Below, in pieces: positions 37,858 to 50,609 of a DNA stretch of 64,000 nucleotides (within the stretch, counting starts at the first letter, position 1; every line of letters starts with the position of its first letter). Source of the stretch: Marsupella aquatica (taxonomy: Eukaryota > Plantae > Marchantiophyta); contig OZ316899.1 of assembly GCA_973895155.1 (NCBI GenBank), positions 14,905,874 to 14,969,873 on the forward strand. The letters run 5' to 3'. Under the pieces are notes generated by a model. The model did no database searches, was not told where the DNA came from, and saw only the letters and a program-made list of their open reading frames with translations. A program made the position numbers and the translations under genes.

Positions 37858-39204
37858 TGTTAGGAATTGACTCGAGTTCCCGACTATAGTTAGTTTGGCC
37901 TGGTTAATTGACCCTTGGTTAGTTTAGGGTAAGGTCCACTTATTTAGACCCACACATCCTAGTCCCCCTTGGGGGGTATAGGTTGGAGGGAGAGCATTCT
38001 CTCCCTCATTCTTCACATGTTCAATCTCATGAGCTATGGATCCTTCAGGAGTTTCTCCATGATCGTGGTGTCTTGTTGGTGTAGTGTGAGATTGAGTGCT
38101 CTCATGTTCCACATTGCTGTCTAGTCTGGAGCTGACAGTTTTCCTACAAGTGGTATCAGAGTTTCGTGTTTGACGTTCGGTTGCCTGGACAGTGGTGAGA
38201 GTGCTCTTTGTGTTGAATTGTGGTGACACATCAGATTGTTTTCAACAATTTGTGTGATTGTGTCACTGGTCGTTGTGCGCTAGAGGTTTTGTGTTCAGAA
38301 GGAGTGACGGTTTCCCAATTGAAACTTCACATCAGAAGTGTCGGATGTGTCTTTGGTTTTCTGAATGTACTGTCAAGCGGACAATCTTGCGTTTCATTGT
38401 GCGCATCGGCGAGCACTTTGTCTCGGTGAAATTTTCACAGCGTTTTATCCGGCAAGTGCGGAGCAATATCGTTTCACGTTTTGCTGTTTATAGCCTAATC
38501 TCTTTGGCTATGGAATCTTTGTGCTTGACTTGATCTCTTACGGGGTCTTGGTTTGATGTTTTCTAGGGAAAACGTTGATGTTCTTTTTTTTCTTCGTGGT
38601 TTTTCTCAATTTTTTCTTCGTTCACCTCTTGGGTCGCGTTGCACAACAATTTGTGGCGACACCGACAATTTGTGTGGTGAAGTACGAGTGGATTACGTAG
38701 CCGCCGGGCACTGTAGTGGTGAGGTGTGGTTGTTACTTAGGGCAAACAGAAAATGACAAGTGAATAGTGATTTTGTCCAGAAATCACGTCGTGTTTAGCG
38801 CTTGTTCTGAGTGGTGGTGAGAAATTTCACCCGCAAAACACTATTCCGTTGCAGCTCAGTGGTGGTGAGACAGTCTTCCGTGGAACACTGTTCCGTCGCG
38901 GTTTGTTGGTGGGAAAAAACAGTACCCACGGAACACCGTTCCGCGGCAATTTGGCGGTGGGAAAAAAATAGTGACCCACGAAACACTGTTTTGCGGGTGC
39001 TTTGAGGAGGAGAAAAAAACCTTTTTTCTGGATAACTTTTTTCAGAAACAGTTTTTTGCCAAATTGTTTTCAGATATTGGTAGTGTACCTTGCAGGCTAC
39101 GCGGTGGTGCATTACAGTTCCACTTTTGCCAACTTTCATTTTTTGGTGATTGTGTGTAGAGGTATTTTGGTACTTGTGTTTCCTGTGTGTTTGTGTCAGC
39201 ATCA

Positions 39205-42200
39205 ATGATTTCAAGAAAGCTTGCGGCGCCAAAGTTTGAGGTGGAAAAGTTTGATGGGAAGGTCAGCTTTAGCCTCTGGACTCTGAAGGTGACCAACGTG
39301 TTGATCCAGCAGGGTCTTGAGAAGACCATCACTGGAGTGAAGCCCTCGACTCTTACAGATGAGGAGTGGGAAGACATGTCGGTGTAGGCGTGTAGCACAA
39401 TTGAGTTGTTCTTGGCAAACAACATTCTCAAGAACGTGTTGGGGATGGATCGTAACGCCAAGAAAATTTGGGATACGCTTACTCAGCTATACCAAAGTAC
39501 TTCATTGAGTACTCGCATTTACTAGTTGGAGCGGCTATTCAGGTTGAAGTTGGAGGATGGTGGAAACATGTGTGATCATCTTAGTCTCTTTGATGAGATT
39601 GTGCACGAGGTGACCACGGCAGGAGATAAGTTGACTGATGTGTACCTTGCAATGCATTTGTTGATGTTGCTTCCGAAGAGCTTTTTGACGTTGGTAATGG
39701 TCATCGCGCATGACAAGACTACATTGAAGCTGGATGCGATGAAGGCTACTATTCTTGCAAAATGGAGCAAGCGACATCTATCTTCCCGTGATGATGACTC
39801 TGCTGCCTTAATGGTTAGAGGTAGATTCACTAAGCGTACTACGGATCAATCTAGATCTAGATCTCATAACAGATCTAAATCTAAGTCCCATAGTAAGAAG
39901 GTTCAGTGTTGGCATTGCCATGAGAAGGACCACACCAAGTGGTCTTGCCCTTCTTTAACCAAGCAAAAGCGTCCTGCTTTTGATGGTGCATCTTCATCTT
40001 CAGCTGGCATTGTCATTGTTGATCATGAGGATGGTGCTAAAGTGCTCTGTACTGGTGCTATTAATTCTGTGTATGACAATAAATGGATGTTGGATTTGGG
40101 TTCCTTTTATCACGTGTGTCCAACGCAATCTTATTTCTCTACTTACCAACCGTGTACTGGTAGCGTGGAAATCGGCAACGGGGTTTGATGTGAGATTGTT
40201 GGCATGGGGACTATCAAATTCCGGATGTTTGATGGTGTTGTGCGAGCATTGACGGAAGTCAGGCACATACCAGACATCTCTAAGAACTTGATTTCTCTTG
40301 GTGCTTTGGGAGCTGGTGGATATCATTTCACTGCACGTGATGGAGCACTCTTTGTTGTCAAAGGTGAGGTATCTTTGATTAAGGCGCTCCGACAAAATAA
40401 TTTGTACATCTTGCAAGGAGATGTCATTGCTCCTAAAATGGAGCATGTGGACTCTGTGGTGGAACGTTTGGATGCAATGGCATCGTTGGTTGCTTCAATT
40501 GAAGCACCATCAACATCTGGTCGCACACAGGCCATAGGTTTATGACATGCACGTTTGGGGCACTTGAGTGGTAAAGGATTGGCAGCCTTGGCAAATAGAG
40601 ATTTGCTGCAAGGCGCACAATCTGGAAAACTTTCTTTCTGTGAAGATTGCATCTATGGCAAGCAGAGGAGAGTGAGTTTCAGTTCTAGTTCCTACCATTC
40701 TCATGAGATTCTTGAGTATGTCCATTCGGATGTTTGGGGTCCAACGCCGGAGCCGTCGTTAGGTGGAGCTAGATATTTTGTGACATTTGTAGATGATTAT
40801 TCTTGAATGTGTTGGCTGTACTGCCGGAGCCGTCGTTAGGTGGAGCTAGATATTTTGTGACGTTTGTAGATGATTATTCTTGAATGTGTTGGCTGTACTA
40901 CATGAAGGAGAAGTCTCAAGTATTTGAGATCTTCAAGGAGTGGAAAGCCATGGTGGAGCTACAAACTGGGAAGTGTGTTTGGTTAGATAACGGTGGCAAG
41001 CATAAGTCCAATGAGTTTGACCAATTTGGTCGGGACCTTGGCCTCAAACATCATTACACTGTACCGGAGACTCCGCAGCAGAATGGAGTGGCAGAATAGT
41101 TGAATCGGACATTACTGGAGAAAACACGCAGCATGCTATGTAGGTCCAAGTTGCCCAATAATTTTGGGGCTGAAGCTGTCCACCAAGCTGCATACATTTA
41201 CAACTTGTCATCACACAGTAGTAAGTTGATGCAGACTCCATTTGAGTTGTGGTATAAGAGACCTGTTGATTACTCTAGACTCCGAGTTTTTGGGTGTGCT
41301 GCCTATGTTCACATTGAGCAGACACACAGGTCTAAGTTGGATCCCAAGTCTAAGAAATGTATTTCTCTAGGCTTTAGTCCAGGGCAGAAGGGCTACAAAT
41401 TGTGGGATCCTATCGATTGCAAGGCAGTTGTGAGCAAAAATGTTGTTTTTGACAAAGAATTGTTGTCAAGAACCCGGGATGATCAGGAGGAGCAGGTGGA
41501 GGAACCCACTACGATGGAGCTTGATGGTGTTGAGGAAGCTGTTGGTTCCTTTGGTAGAGGTGCAGTTCCTCAATTAAGGCGATCCAATCTTGGCCAACCC
41601 TTGATAGATTTGGTTTTGCAGATCCTCGTGTTCATGTTGTTGAGCACAACGATGATCCCAGTGTTATATTGCTCACTGAAGATGGAGACCCCTCTAGCTA
41701 TGAAGAAGCTATGGCCTCTCCAGAGAAGGATAAGTGGATGGAGGCGATGTTGAAGGAGATAATTTTTTTGAAGAAGAATTCAACTTGGCGCTTAGTGGAC
41801 ATGCCTCGCGGGAAGACACTGGTTCTGTGTAGATGGTTGTACAAGAAGAAGCAGGATGGCACTTACAAGGCACGCCTTGTGGCCAAAGGGTACACCCAGA
41901 AGGAGGGCTTGGACTACACGGAGATTTTCTCACCAATTGTCAAACTCGCTACTATTCGTGTTTTACTTGCAATTGTGGCATTCTATGATCTTGAGTTAGA
42001 TCAAATGGATGTAATATGGATTGCTTGATGTGGAGATTTATATGGCTCAGCCTCTTGGTTTTATTGACGAGAAGACTAGACACTTGGTGTGTCAGCTCTT
42101 GCGCTCGTTATACGGATTGAAGTAGAGTCCCAGACAATGGAATGAGCATTTTGATTCCTTCATGTTATCACAGGGGTTCATACGGAGTGAACATGATTGT

Positions 42201-43247
42201 TGTATTTACATGAAAGAGGTGGAGAATTACTCACACTTTGGTTACATTGTGCTGGCATTGTACGTGGATGACATGCTGATCTTGGCTGAGAATAAGTCTA
42301 ATGTTGCCCATCTGAAAGCAATGTTGAGTAAGGAGTTTTCAATGAAGGACTTGCGTCAGGCCAAGAAGATTCTAGGGATGGAGATTCATCATGATAGGGA
42401 GCGGAGGCAATTATGGTTGTCTCAAAGGCAATTTTTAGAGAAAGTACTTGCCAAGTATGGGATGGAGAATGCAAAACCAGTTGGTACTCCATTGACTTCC
42501 CACTTTAAACTCTCAAAGAATGATTGCCCTTCTAGTGAGAGTGATAGACTGGCGATGAAACATGTTCCCTATGATAGTGTTGTGGGTAGTTTGATGTATG
42601 CAATGACATGCACTAGACTTGACATTGCCCACACCGTTAGCATTTTGAGTAGATTTATGGCAAACCCTGGTACACTTCATTGGGAAGCAATGAAGTGGGT
42701 TTTGCGATATCTGAAAGGTACCTTAGATTGTGTGATTCTATTTGACAGTAAAGCATACTCTACATTAGAGTTGGGAGGTTTTGTAGATTCAGATTATGCT
42801 GGTAACTTGGATAATAGGAAGTCTACTACAAGCTATGTGTTTATGTTGGGTGGAGGTTGTATCAGTTGGAAGTCGGCAACTCAATCCTGTGTTGCATTGT
42901 CTACTACTGAGGCTGAGTACACGGCTATCTACGAGGCAACCAAGGAGCTGATCTGGCTACGGAGATTGGTGAGTGATTTGGGTTTTTCACCTGAAAGACC
43001 GGTGTTGTTGTGTGATAGTCAAAATGCTTTGCATCTGGCTAAGAACCCTGTGTTCCTTGTAAGGACAAAGCACATTGATATTCGTTATCACTTCATCCGT
43101 GAGGTGATTGAGATGAAGCAGATGTTTCTGGAGAAGGTGGCTTTAGAGGAGAATGCAGCAGACATGCTTACCAAAATTTTACCTACCAGTAACTTTAGTC
43201 ATTGTGTGGATATAGTTAATGTTAGGGCCAAACCAGAGACTATATAG
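39205..43247 (+). pseudogene. Copia gag-pol with many stops and frameshifts
   Basis: KFEVEKFDGKVSFSLW, CWHCHEKDH, WMLDLG, VHSDVWGP, TPQQNGVAE, YKARLVAKG, LYVDDMLI, GFVDSDYAG, CDSQNA, NAADMLTK. Confidence 0.93.
40746..40899. repeat. 77-bp tandem duplication inside the integrase coding region
   Basis: GCCGGAGCCGTCGTTAGGTGGAGCTAGATATTTTGTGAC...GGCTGTACT at 40746 and 40823. Confidence 0.92.
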
Positions 43248-43630
43248 ATATGTTACTTAGTTACATATTGTATATCACCTAACTCATTGTATGAACTAGA
43301 GTCAAGGTGGAGATTGTTAGGAATTGACTCGAGTTCCCGACTATAGTTAGTTTGGCCTTACTAGGGTTAATTGACCCTTGGTTAGTTTAGGGTAAGTTCC
43401 ACTTATTTAGGCCCACACATCGTAGTCCCCCTTGGGGGGTATAGGTTGGAGGGAGACCATTCTCTCCCTCATTCTTCACATGTTCAATCTCATGAGCTAT
43501 GCCCGGAGCTATGGATCCTTCAGGAGTTTCTCCATGATCGTGGTGTCTTGTTGGTGTAGTGTGAGATTGAGTGCTCTCATGTTCCGCATTGCTATCTAGT
43601 CTGGAGCTAACGGTTTTCCTACACACAATT

Positions 43631-44662
43631 GGATGACAAAGGGGATGATGCAGTATGGAGCCATCCGACAAAAGGAGTATTGGAATTTTATAGAGTTTTG
43701 CACCAAGTGGGTGATGATTAAGAGCAGATACCATCACACCATATTGCCCAGAATTGCAGTTGCAAGGGCTTTATTTGGAGGAAGTCTTCATCCCCTCCAA
43801 TTATGGAATGCTAATGTGTCCGCTATGATTGATTCAAAGGGAACACCACCAATTTGGCAAAGCTGGTGACTTTTACACAACGCCAAGTGTTTATAGGGAA
43901 GCCGATTTCCAACACTAAGGACCTACGCTACTGGTTAAGGGATTTAAAGGAAACCAAGGCATTGGCAAGAATTGTCATCATGGAGTCCAAAGGCAAGACT
44001 CGCAACTCAGGAAAGCTAAGGGTCGCACAAGAGAAGATTCAGTGGCTCTTTACAAAGTGAAAGGAGAAGGCTTTGGCCAGCAAGGAGACATGAAAGCAGC
44101 TGACAAAAATAGGGTATAGCGACAGAGGCAGGAAACAGGTAAGTAGGAAATTTGTTTAATTCTTGTTTTTAATATGCTATTACCAGCAAAAAAATTTGTT
44201 ACCAGGAAAAATGACAATTTAAAAATATTTCCTAAAAAATCTTATTTTCAAACAAAGTTAAAAATACAACATTTCTTGGCTAGTTTTGGGTGCTACTATT
44301 ACTAGTGCCGGTCGCTAGCAAAAAAAAGTTGTCGACCAAAAAAAAAAGCTTTTTTTCTGAAAAAAAAATCCAATTTTTTTTACCCATTTTCCTGTTACCA
44401 GTTTCTATTTCCTGTCGTTTGTAAATACCTCACAAAGATAGAAGAAGCACTAGACAGAGAGAAGAAGGAGAATAAGGAGGCAAAATCAGCCCTTTAGCAG
44501 GCTCAGGAAGAGGTCCGGACGAAGAAGGCCAGGGTACAATCATTGCGGTCTGAGTTAGGAAGGATCTAGCAAGAGAAGGGGAAGTTGCAAGAATTGTTGT
44601 CCGACAAAGAAGAAGAATGGGGTATGCACCTGATAGCCGCCAAAGATGAGGGGGTGGATTTA
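43631..44662 (+). pseudogene. Fragment of an accessory (domain plus coiled-coil) gene
   Basis: MQYGAIRQKEYWNFIEFCTKWVM..LHPLQLW matches 45636-45800; followed by K/E-rich heptads. Confidence 0.6.
44112..44431. mobile_element. MULE-like MITE, copy 2
   Basis: Homologous to 33686-34062; TSD ACAAAAATA/ACAAAGATA. Confidence 0.82.
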
Positions 44663-46334
44663 TGTCGCACCAACAACCTGGGCCTTAAATCCGGGTTAAC
44701 GCCTTGGGGCGTGCTCAACCACCAGTAAGGGTGAGGTTTTGGACAAGGATGGGTGTAGTGGCCCTGGTTAGTCTATTGGACTATACATATAGCAAAGTTG
44801 TGCAGACCCCAACCTTTTTGTCATTTATAGTAAAGCGCAATTATTATCCTAAAAATGGTTGGGACAACCATAATGGGTACTTAAGGTACCGCCGCCGGTC
44901 TGAACTTAAGGACATTTGTGTAACAATCACGTCAAGTGTTGTGCCTTCACTTGGTAATGATTAGAGGACAATTGTAAATAGCCCCTAGAGTAAAACCGTA
45001 TCTAGGGCCATCTTTAATGGGGCGCTTGACTAAGACACGCTCACGCTCGCACAGCGGAGGGCCGTCCCAACCTTTTGGTCCTTGAATGTCCAAAAGGTTG
45101 GATTTTGCCTCACAAGGCATTTGTGCACTCATTGTCTTTCACTTCCAACAAAAGCATTTGCTAGATTGCCACGCAACTATCCGCTCACTCCCCACTTACA
45201 CTAATAGTTACACCAAGCAAATGGAGGCAACATGAACAAGAAGGGTGGAAGTTCCCCCGACTAGGAACAAGAAGGGAGCTCTCTCTTTGGAAGAGAAGAT
45301 ACGCAACTCCATTGCAGAGGTACAACGCATCAAGGAGAGTTGAGCAATTCTTGACAGAACCATAATTTATGGCATGGTCCGGATGGACCGTTATCTATCA
45401 ACCACTCGAGCAAGAGAAATTTGCTCATAGATTACTAAGGTGACAATGTCACCCAAGGGGATGTTCATTATATACAAGGGGAAAACTAATACTTTCTCCA
45501 ACCCAAAGCTATGCCAGATGTTCAAACTACCTAGGGCGGGAGGATTGCCACTCACGTACCAGGTAGACCCAATCACATTAGAGGGCATGATGGCCTTCTT
45601 ACAACAGACAAAGGTCCGAATAGCCAGGGGAAATATGCAGTATGGGACCATCCACCAGAAGGAGTATCGGAACTTTGTAGAGTTTTGCCCCAAGTGAGTG
45701 ATGGTTAAGAGCGGATACCACACGCCACATTACAAGAATTGTTGTTGCAAGGGCTTTGTTCGTCGGATGTCTCCACCCTCTTCAATTATGGAAGGCAAGT
45801 GTATCCGCCATGATTGATTTGAGGGGCTGTCCAAAGTTCCCCTCACTCATAGCTTATCAGATGGGAAGAATAGTGCATAACGTATTTGGGGTCCAGGAGT
45901 CGCCCAATAGGGCTCCACCGGATGAGTCGGATTTGGGAGAGTCCAAAGGAGAAGATCAAGTAGAAGCCCAATGGACGGCACAAGTGGGGACTGCATTAGG
46001 ATCCACCACCAATGTCAATGTAGATGCCCGAAGTACGACAAGGAGGACTTTGAGGATGACAAAGTGGAGGAGGAGGGGGAAGCACCCCTGAATTTAGATG
46101 CAGAAAGCAAAGGAGGAGCAAAAGCTCTGCGAGCCCTCAGCAAACGGGCCAAACAATGTTATAAGAGTCGCAAGAGAAAGAGGAGGACGGTAAATCTCCC
46201 ACACCAAGACAAAGAAGAAAAATAAGAAGAAGAATAAAGGAGGGAAGCCACCTTCTAACAACCTACGTTGTCCAAATCTCCCGGAGACTATCAACCTGGC
46301 ATACTTAAAGACTTTTGCCCAATGCCTAACTTTT
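44663..46334 (+). mobile_element. Truncated giant-LTR-like unit with a decayed accessory ORF at about 45230-46260
   Basis: TGTCGCACC start with a GAGGTTTTGGACAAGGA motif as in the 26283 and 30833 units; ORF pieces YKGKTNTFSNPKLCQMFKLPRAGG and an acidic/basic tract. Cut by the gypsy at 46335; the other end was not seen. Confidence 0.5.
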
Positions 46335-47872
46335 AGTCGTGGAACTTGACTACCTTAACACTTAGCTCCGGTGTTGCTGACTCCAACGCCGAGCTCCCTT
46401 ATGGTCCAGGCCTGGAATGGCCATCCGAGGAGGATTTAGCATGGGGAGACTTGTGGACAAGGGGGAGTGGCACTGGCGAAGGCAAGGCGCTAAGCTGGTG
46501 ACACACACTAAGGACTTAGACTAGCTGAGGGCTGGTCAGGTTAAGGGGAAAGGGGAAAGGGCCGGGCTCAAGGTCAACCGTTCAAACCCCCGGACGGACT
46601 TTGAGTTGTGAGCGCCTGAGTGAGAGCTCCTATTGGGCCCAAGGCAAATGAAGTTTACTCCATGGGCAACGGACGCTTGGGGCACAAATAGGATTTCATG
46701 GGGCAAATAAGTTTGCGTAAATTATAGAGCCATTTACGGCCCGATCCGGGTTTGGCCGATTGGGAGTCCCGGGCGACATTAGGACTTGAGGGCCCAGATA
46801 TGAGCACTAGTTTGGTCCAATCACAACAGGCTAAGGCACTCCGCTTGCGAACACATAACTAGAAAGTATGGGCATTGCCAGTTGGTGGTGCGCCCAGACA
46901 TGCGGGTTGGGGTCCAGGTTGGGGGCCAAAATTTGGGGACCAAAGTAGGTCCGGGGGTGGAAGGTCTCCATAAGCATATATGAGGGGAGTGGTGTCTCCT
47001 TGGGGGCTAAGGGCGAGCCAAAGTCGTGGGCCGTGGCGGTCACAACACCAAAGGAAAATGCCAAATGGAAACAACAATAACTTCCCAATAGCAAATCCGT
47101 TGGAGGACTTCTTGGGTGCATTGGAAATGTCTCAAGGAGGACTACATCCTCCTGATCTCAGTTGGGTCTAGGAGTGCCATGGGTTCTTGAGGTTTGCGAG
47201 GGCTATCTTGCCCGCTTCCCCAATCCTGCCAAAATAGCAGCCAAGCCGCGTTTAGTCTCCCAAGGAAGCTTGCATTGGGGAGGCAAGGCAAAGTAGGCAT
47301 GGAGGTTGAGTTCCAAGGGTACTTGGTCCCTAGACCATTAGTGGAGCGAGAACCAAGAGTTGGTTGCTAGAGTGGGGACCATTTTGGTCCTGACGTGTTG
47401 GGACAAGCTTTAGGACAAGCTACTTTATTTGGGCCATGAGCATGTCTTGGGGGCAGGGTGGTCAGTTGGTGATGGATAGGTACAAGGGGGAACCTGGGCT
47501 GCACCCAAGGGAGGAGCTGTTCTCGACAAACAATGGGTGTTGGTTTTGGTTTTGGCTTATGGCATCGGGAGGACCTACCGCTGACCTACTTACCAATGTC
47601 TATTGAGCTTGAATGAGGATGCTAGACTTGGGAGATCTAGATCCTTATGGGTTACTTACCGGACTGCTTGGTTGCTTGTGCAGGCAGTGAGGACCATTGA
47701 GTGACAATCGTGTTAGAGAGTAAGTGTGACTTTGTAATGGGAGGGGCCATAGGTGGTGTTGAGGGCACCCAGTCACTTGATCAAGGAGTCCCGTGGAGGC
47801 GTTCGGGCACCAAGGGCACTTAGGCGTGGGTGTTGGGATTGTTGAGGGGGCTTGGTGGCAAGGTCCACCACT
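46335..47872 (+). repeat. 5' LTR of gypsy family A (1538 bp), AGT...ACT termini
   Basis: Homologous end to end with the TSD-flanked solo LTR at 12709-13921; 14-bp imperfect terminal inverted repeat. Confidence 0.88.
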
Positions 47873-48894
47873 TGTGGTATCAAAACAATTGTTGGCATAG
47901 ACACCGGGCCAAAGTTGTGTTAGGTCAAAATCCAAAAATCATAACGGAATTTTTGGGGACTAAGTGCGACGCGCTTGGTGGGTTGACTACGGGCACATTT
48001 GGTTGTTGGGGGCATGGTGAAGAATACTCAATCAAAGAGTGGCAAGAAGGCTCTTCCCGCCAAGGGAAGGGTCCCAATTCAGGATGAACAAAAAGAGGAT
48101 GGGTTGACTTCCCTGGATACAAGTAGGACAGTGAGGACATGGCGGCCGGACCGTCGGCCACGACAACAAACACGTCAAATGCAGAGCGCCATCAACTTAA
48201 GGGGAAGGGGGTGGCCAATCATCCAATGGACAAGTTGAGCAATGATAGCACCAACTCATATGAGAAAGACAATAACGCGGAAGCCAGATTAGAGGAAGCA
48301 GGTCATGACCCAGAAGAGGGATTGATCCTAGCCTTAAGAGGGTTGGATGCGGAACCAAAAGATGATGTTGAGCCATAAATCATCGTGGATAATTTGACCA
48401 AGCAAAACCAGGGTGATGAGGGTAATGCCACAACCCCGAGAGGTCATGGTGCCCACAAGGCATGGGGGGTATCACCAAAATCCACACGTGAACCTAAGAA
48501 TATAGGCAGCCCGCAAGGAAAAGGCGGCTGGATGACCGTCCTCATACAACCCACAAGGTCCCAGCCGCTGACGATGGTTTGGGTCCGTTGATTCAAGACC
48601 ATGTTAGGAATTGACTCTAGTTCCCGACTTAGTTAGTTTGGCCTTACTAGGGTTAGCTAACCTTGGATTACATTAGGATAAGATCCGATTAGTTTAGGCT
48701 CACACATCTTGGCCCCCTTGGGGGGTATAGGCTGGAGGGAGAGCACTATCTCCCTCATTCTTCACATATACTCTCATTTGCTATGGAGCCTTCAAGAGTT
48801 TCTCCACTCGAGGTGTCTTGTCAGTGTAGCATCTGATTGAGTCTCTCTCATGTTTCCGCATTACTGTCAGGTCTGGAGCTGACAATTTCTTACA

Positions 48895-49283
48895 GGTCAA
48901 GTGCAAGCTAGAGGGGTACCAAAGGAGTCCCCAAGGACTAGCTCAAAAAGGAGAGGGGAAGGACTAGAAATGTCATTAAGATTTAGTTGAGCACACTCCC
49001 AAAAAGGTTGGGCACACTTCCAAATAATTGGGGGCACTGCCAACAATGTTGTGCACACTTCCAAAAAATTCGGGCACACTTCTAGAATTCCAAAACATTT
49101 GGACACACTTCCAAATATTTGGCATGCATGATCTAACCTTTCAATCTCACCAAAACAATCCTGGCCATTCCATGTAACATTTTGGTCTTTTTGTCCTCTA
49201 GTGATTGCTTTTACCAAGGACCTATGTCCTTTTGGTGGAGAAAATGGAGATCCTTTCAGTACCCCTCTAGCTTGCACTTGACC
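48895..49283. mobile_element. MITE (389 bp) with a 25-bp perfect TIR at the LTR/PBS junction
   Basis: GGTCAAGTGCAAGCTAGAGGGGTAC...GTACCCCTCTAGCTTGCACTTGACC flanked by TACA/TACA; internal degenerate 21-22-bp GGGCACACTTCCAA repeats. Confidence 0.92.
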
Positions 49284-50609
49284 TACAAGTGGTATCAGAG
49301 CTTTGTGTTTGTGGTTCGGTGGCCTGGGCAGTGGTGAGAGCGTTTGTGTGTTGAATTGTGGTGGAAGATTGAATCGTCATCAACAATTGCATGATCATTT
49401 CACTAGCCGTTTTGCGTTGATTGTTTTGTGTTTGGAAGTGGTGATGGTTTCCCGATTGAAACTTCATTGAAGTATCGGACGTGTAATAGTGTTTCCAATG
49501 GGTACTGTTGGGAGGACAGTTTTACGATTTATTGTGTGCATCGACAGGCACTACATCATCTCGGTGAAAGTTTCATAGATTTTCATCCGGCGAGTGTGGA
49601 GCAATATCAATTTGCATATTGCTGATTAGAGCGCTAAGCTCTTGGCTATGGTGTAATTTGTGTATTGGTATTCCTTGTGGGGCCTGTGGGGTCCCGTTTC
49701 TCTCGATAAACCTTGTAGGAAGTGTTCGCTTGAAGTTGTATTTTCTACTTCCCTCAATTTTTTATTCAGGAGTTGTTGCGCAATCTTTTACGGCGGTGCG
49801 GCCGGATGCACTATAATGTACGGTGTATCATTGTATACTAATACAACTTGGTTTGGTGTGAGTGGGAGGTACAACTCTAATCCCGATACAAGTGTTGTAC
49901 TACACAAGAAGGTACGAGGCACTTAAGAGGAGAAGGTGAAGAGTTTCGGGTACATTTGGTACCATCAAGTACAGAGTAGGGTGAGCATTTATAAGTACAA
50001 GGGAGCATAAGCCTTAGGTGGTTTTTTGAAGGGAGGAAAGGTGTAGGTACACTTCCCATTTGTTTGGGGGAGCCATTATTGCTAGTCCCAAGTGTGAGGA
50101 GACCTCGTATGAGGCCCAAGGCACTTAAGAGGGGACTATAAATACAGGGATGTGCACCCTGTACTTGGTATTTTTAATTGTTGGCAAGGGGATGAGCCAC
50201 GAGGGCTAGTAGCCCTATGCAATTTTGAGTGGGACTAGGAGATCCAGGGCTGGCGCATGACCCTATGCACAAGGGGCGTATTATTTGCGAAAGAATTTGG
50301 AGTCCTGGAGGGGCGATCTTCGCCCTTGGCTCTTTTTGTCACTTGTTTAAATACAAGGGGCTTTCTTTTGCTGTTCTTCCTTTCTTTCCGTGATTGGACA
50401 GGTGTCAGCTCCATGTTCCTTCTGCTGGAGAATTCAACTGTACTTTTATTCCCTCCTAAAGGTACTTTTCCAGAGAGCTGTTTTTTGGCCAAAATTTTCA
50501 AATTCGGCGGTTGTCGAGGCAGAATTTTTTTGCACAACTTTGCAAGGGGATACTCAAGGGAGTTGAGCATGGGCTAGTGAAGTCAATTTGTGCATTGCTG
50601 TGATACCAC

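Larger units (their letters stand above)
37858..43623 (+). mobile_element. Ty1/copia, Tork/Tnt1-like, decayed (copy 1)
   Basis: LTRs at 37858-38148 and 43315-43623 (TGTTAGG...CCTACA, diverged, with indels); PBS TGGTATCAGAG at 38151; PPT AAGGTGGAGA; TSD CACTA/CACAA. Confidence 0.95.

Noticed and set aside
40796-40806. The same DDYS-TGA stop in both Tork-like copies (also at about 55577), suggesting programmed readthrough
   Set aside because: CGA>TGA at a CpG is a methylation hotspot and both copies carry many other lesions.
49817-50172. Possible small LTR (TGTACGGTG...CACCCTGTACT, a TATAAAT box, then TGGTAT)
   Set aside because: No TSD or second copy, and the PBS match is too short.
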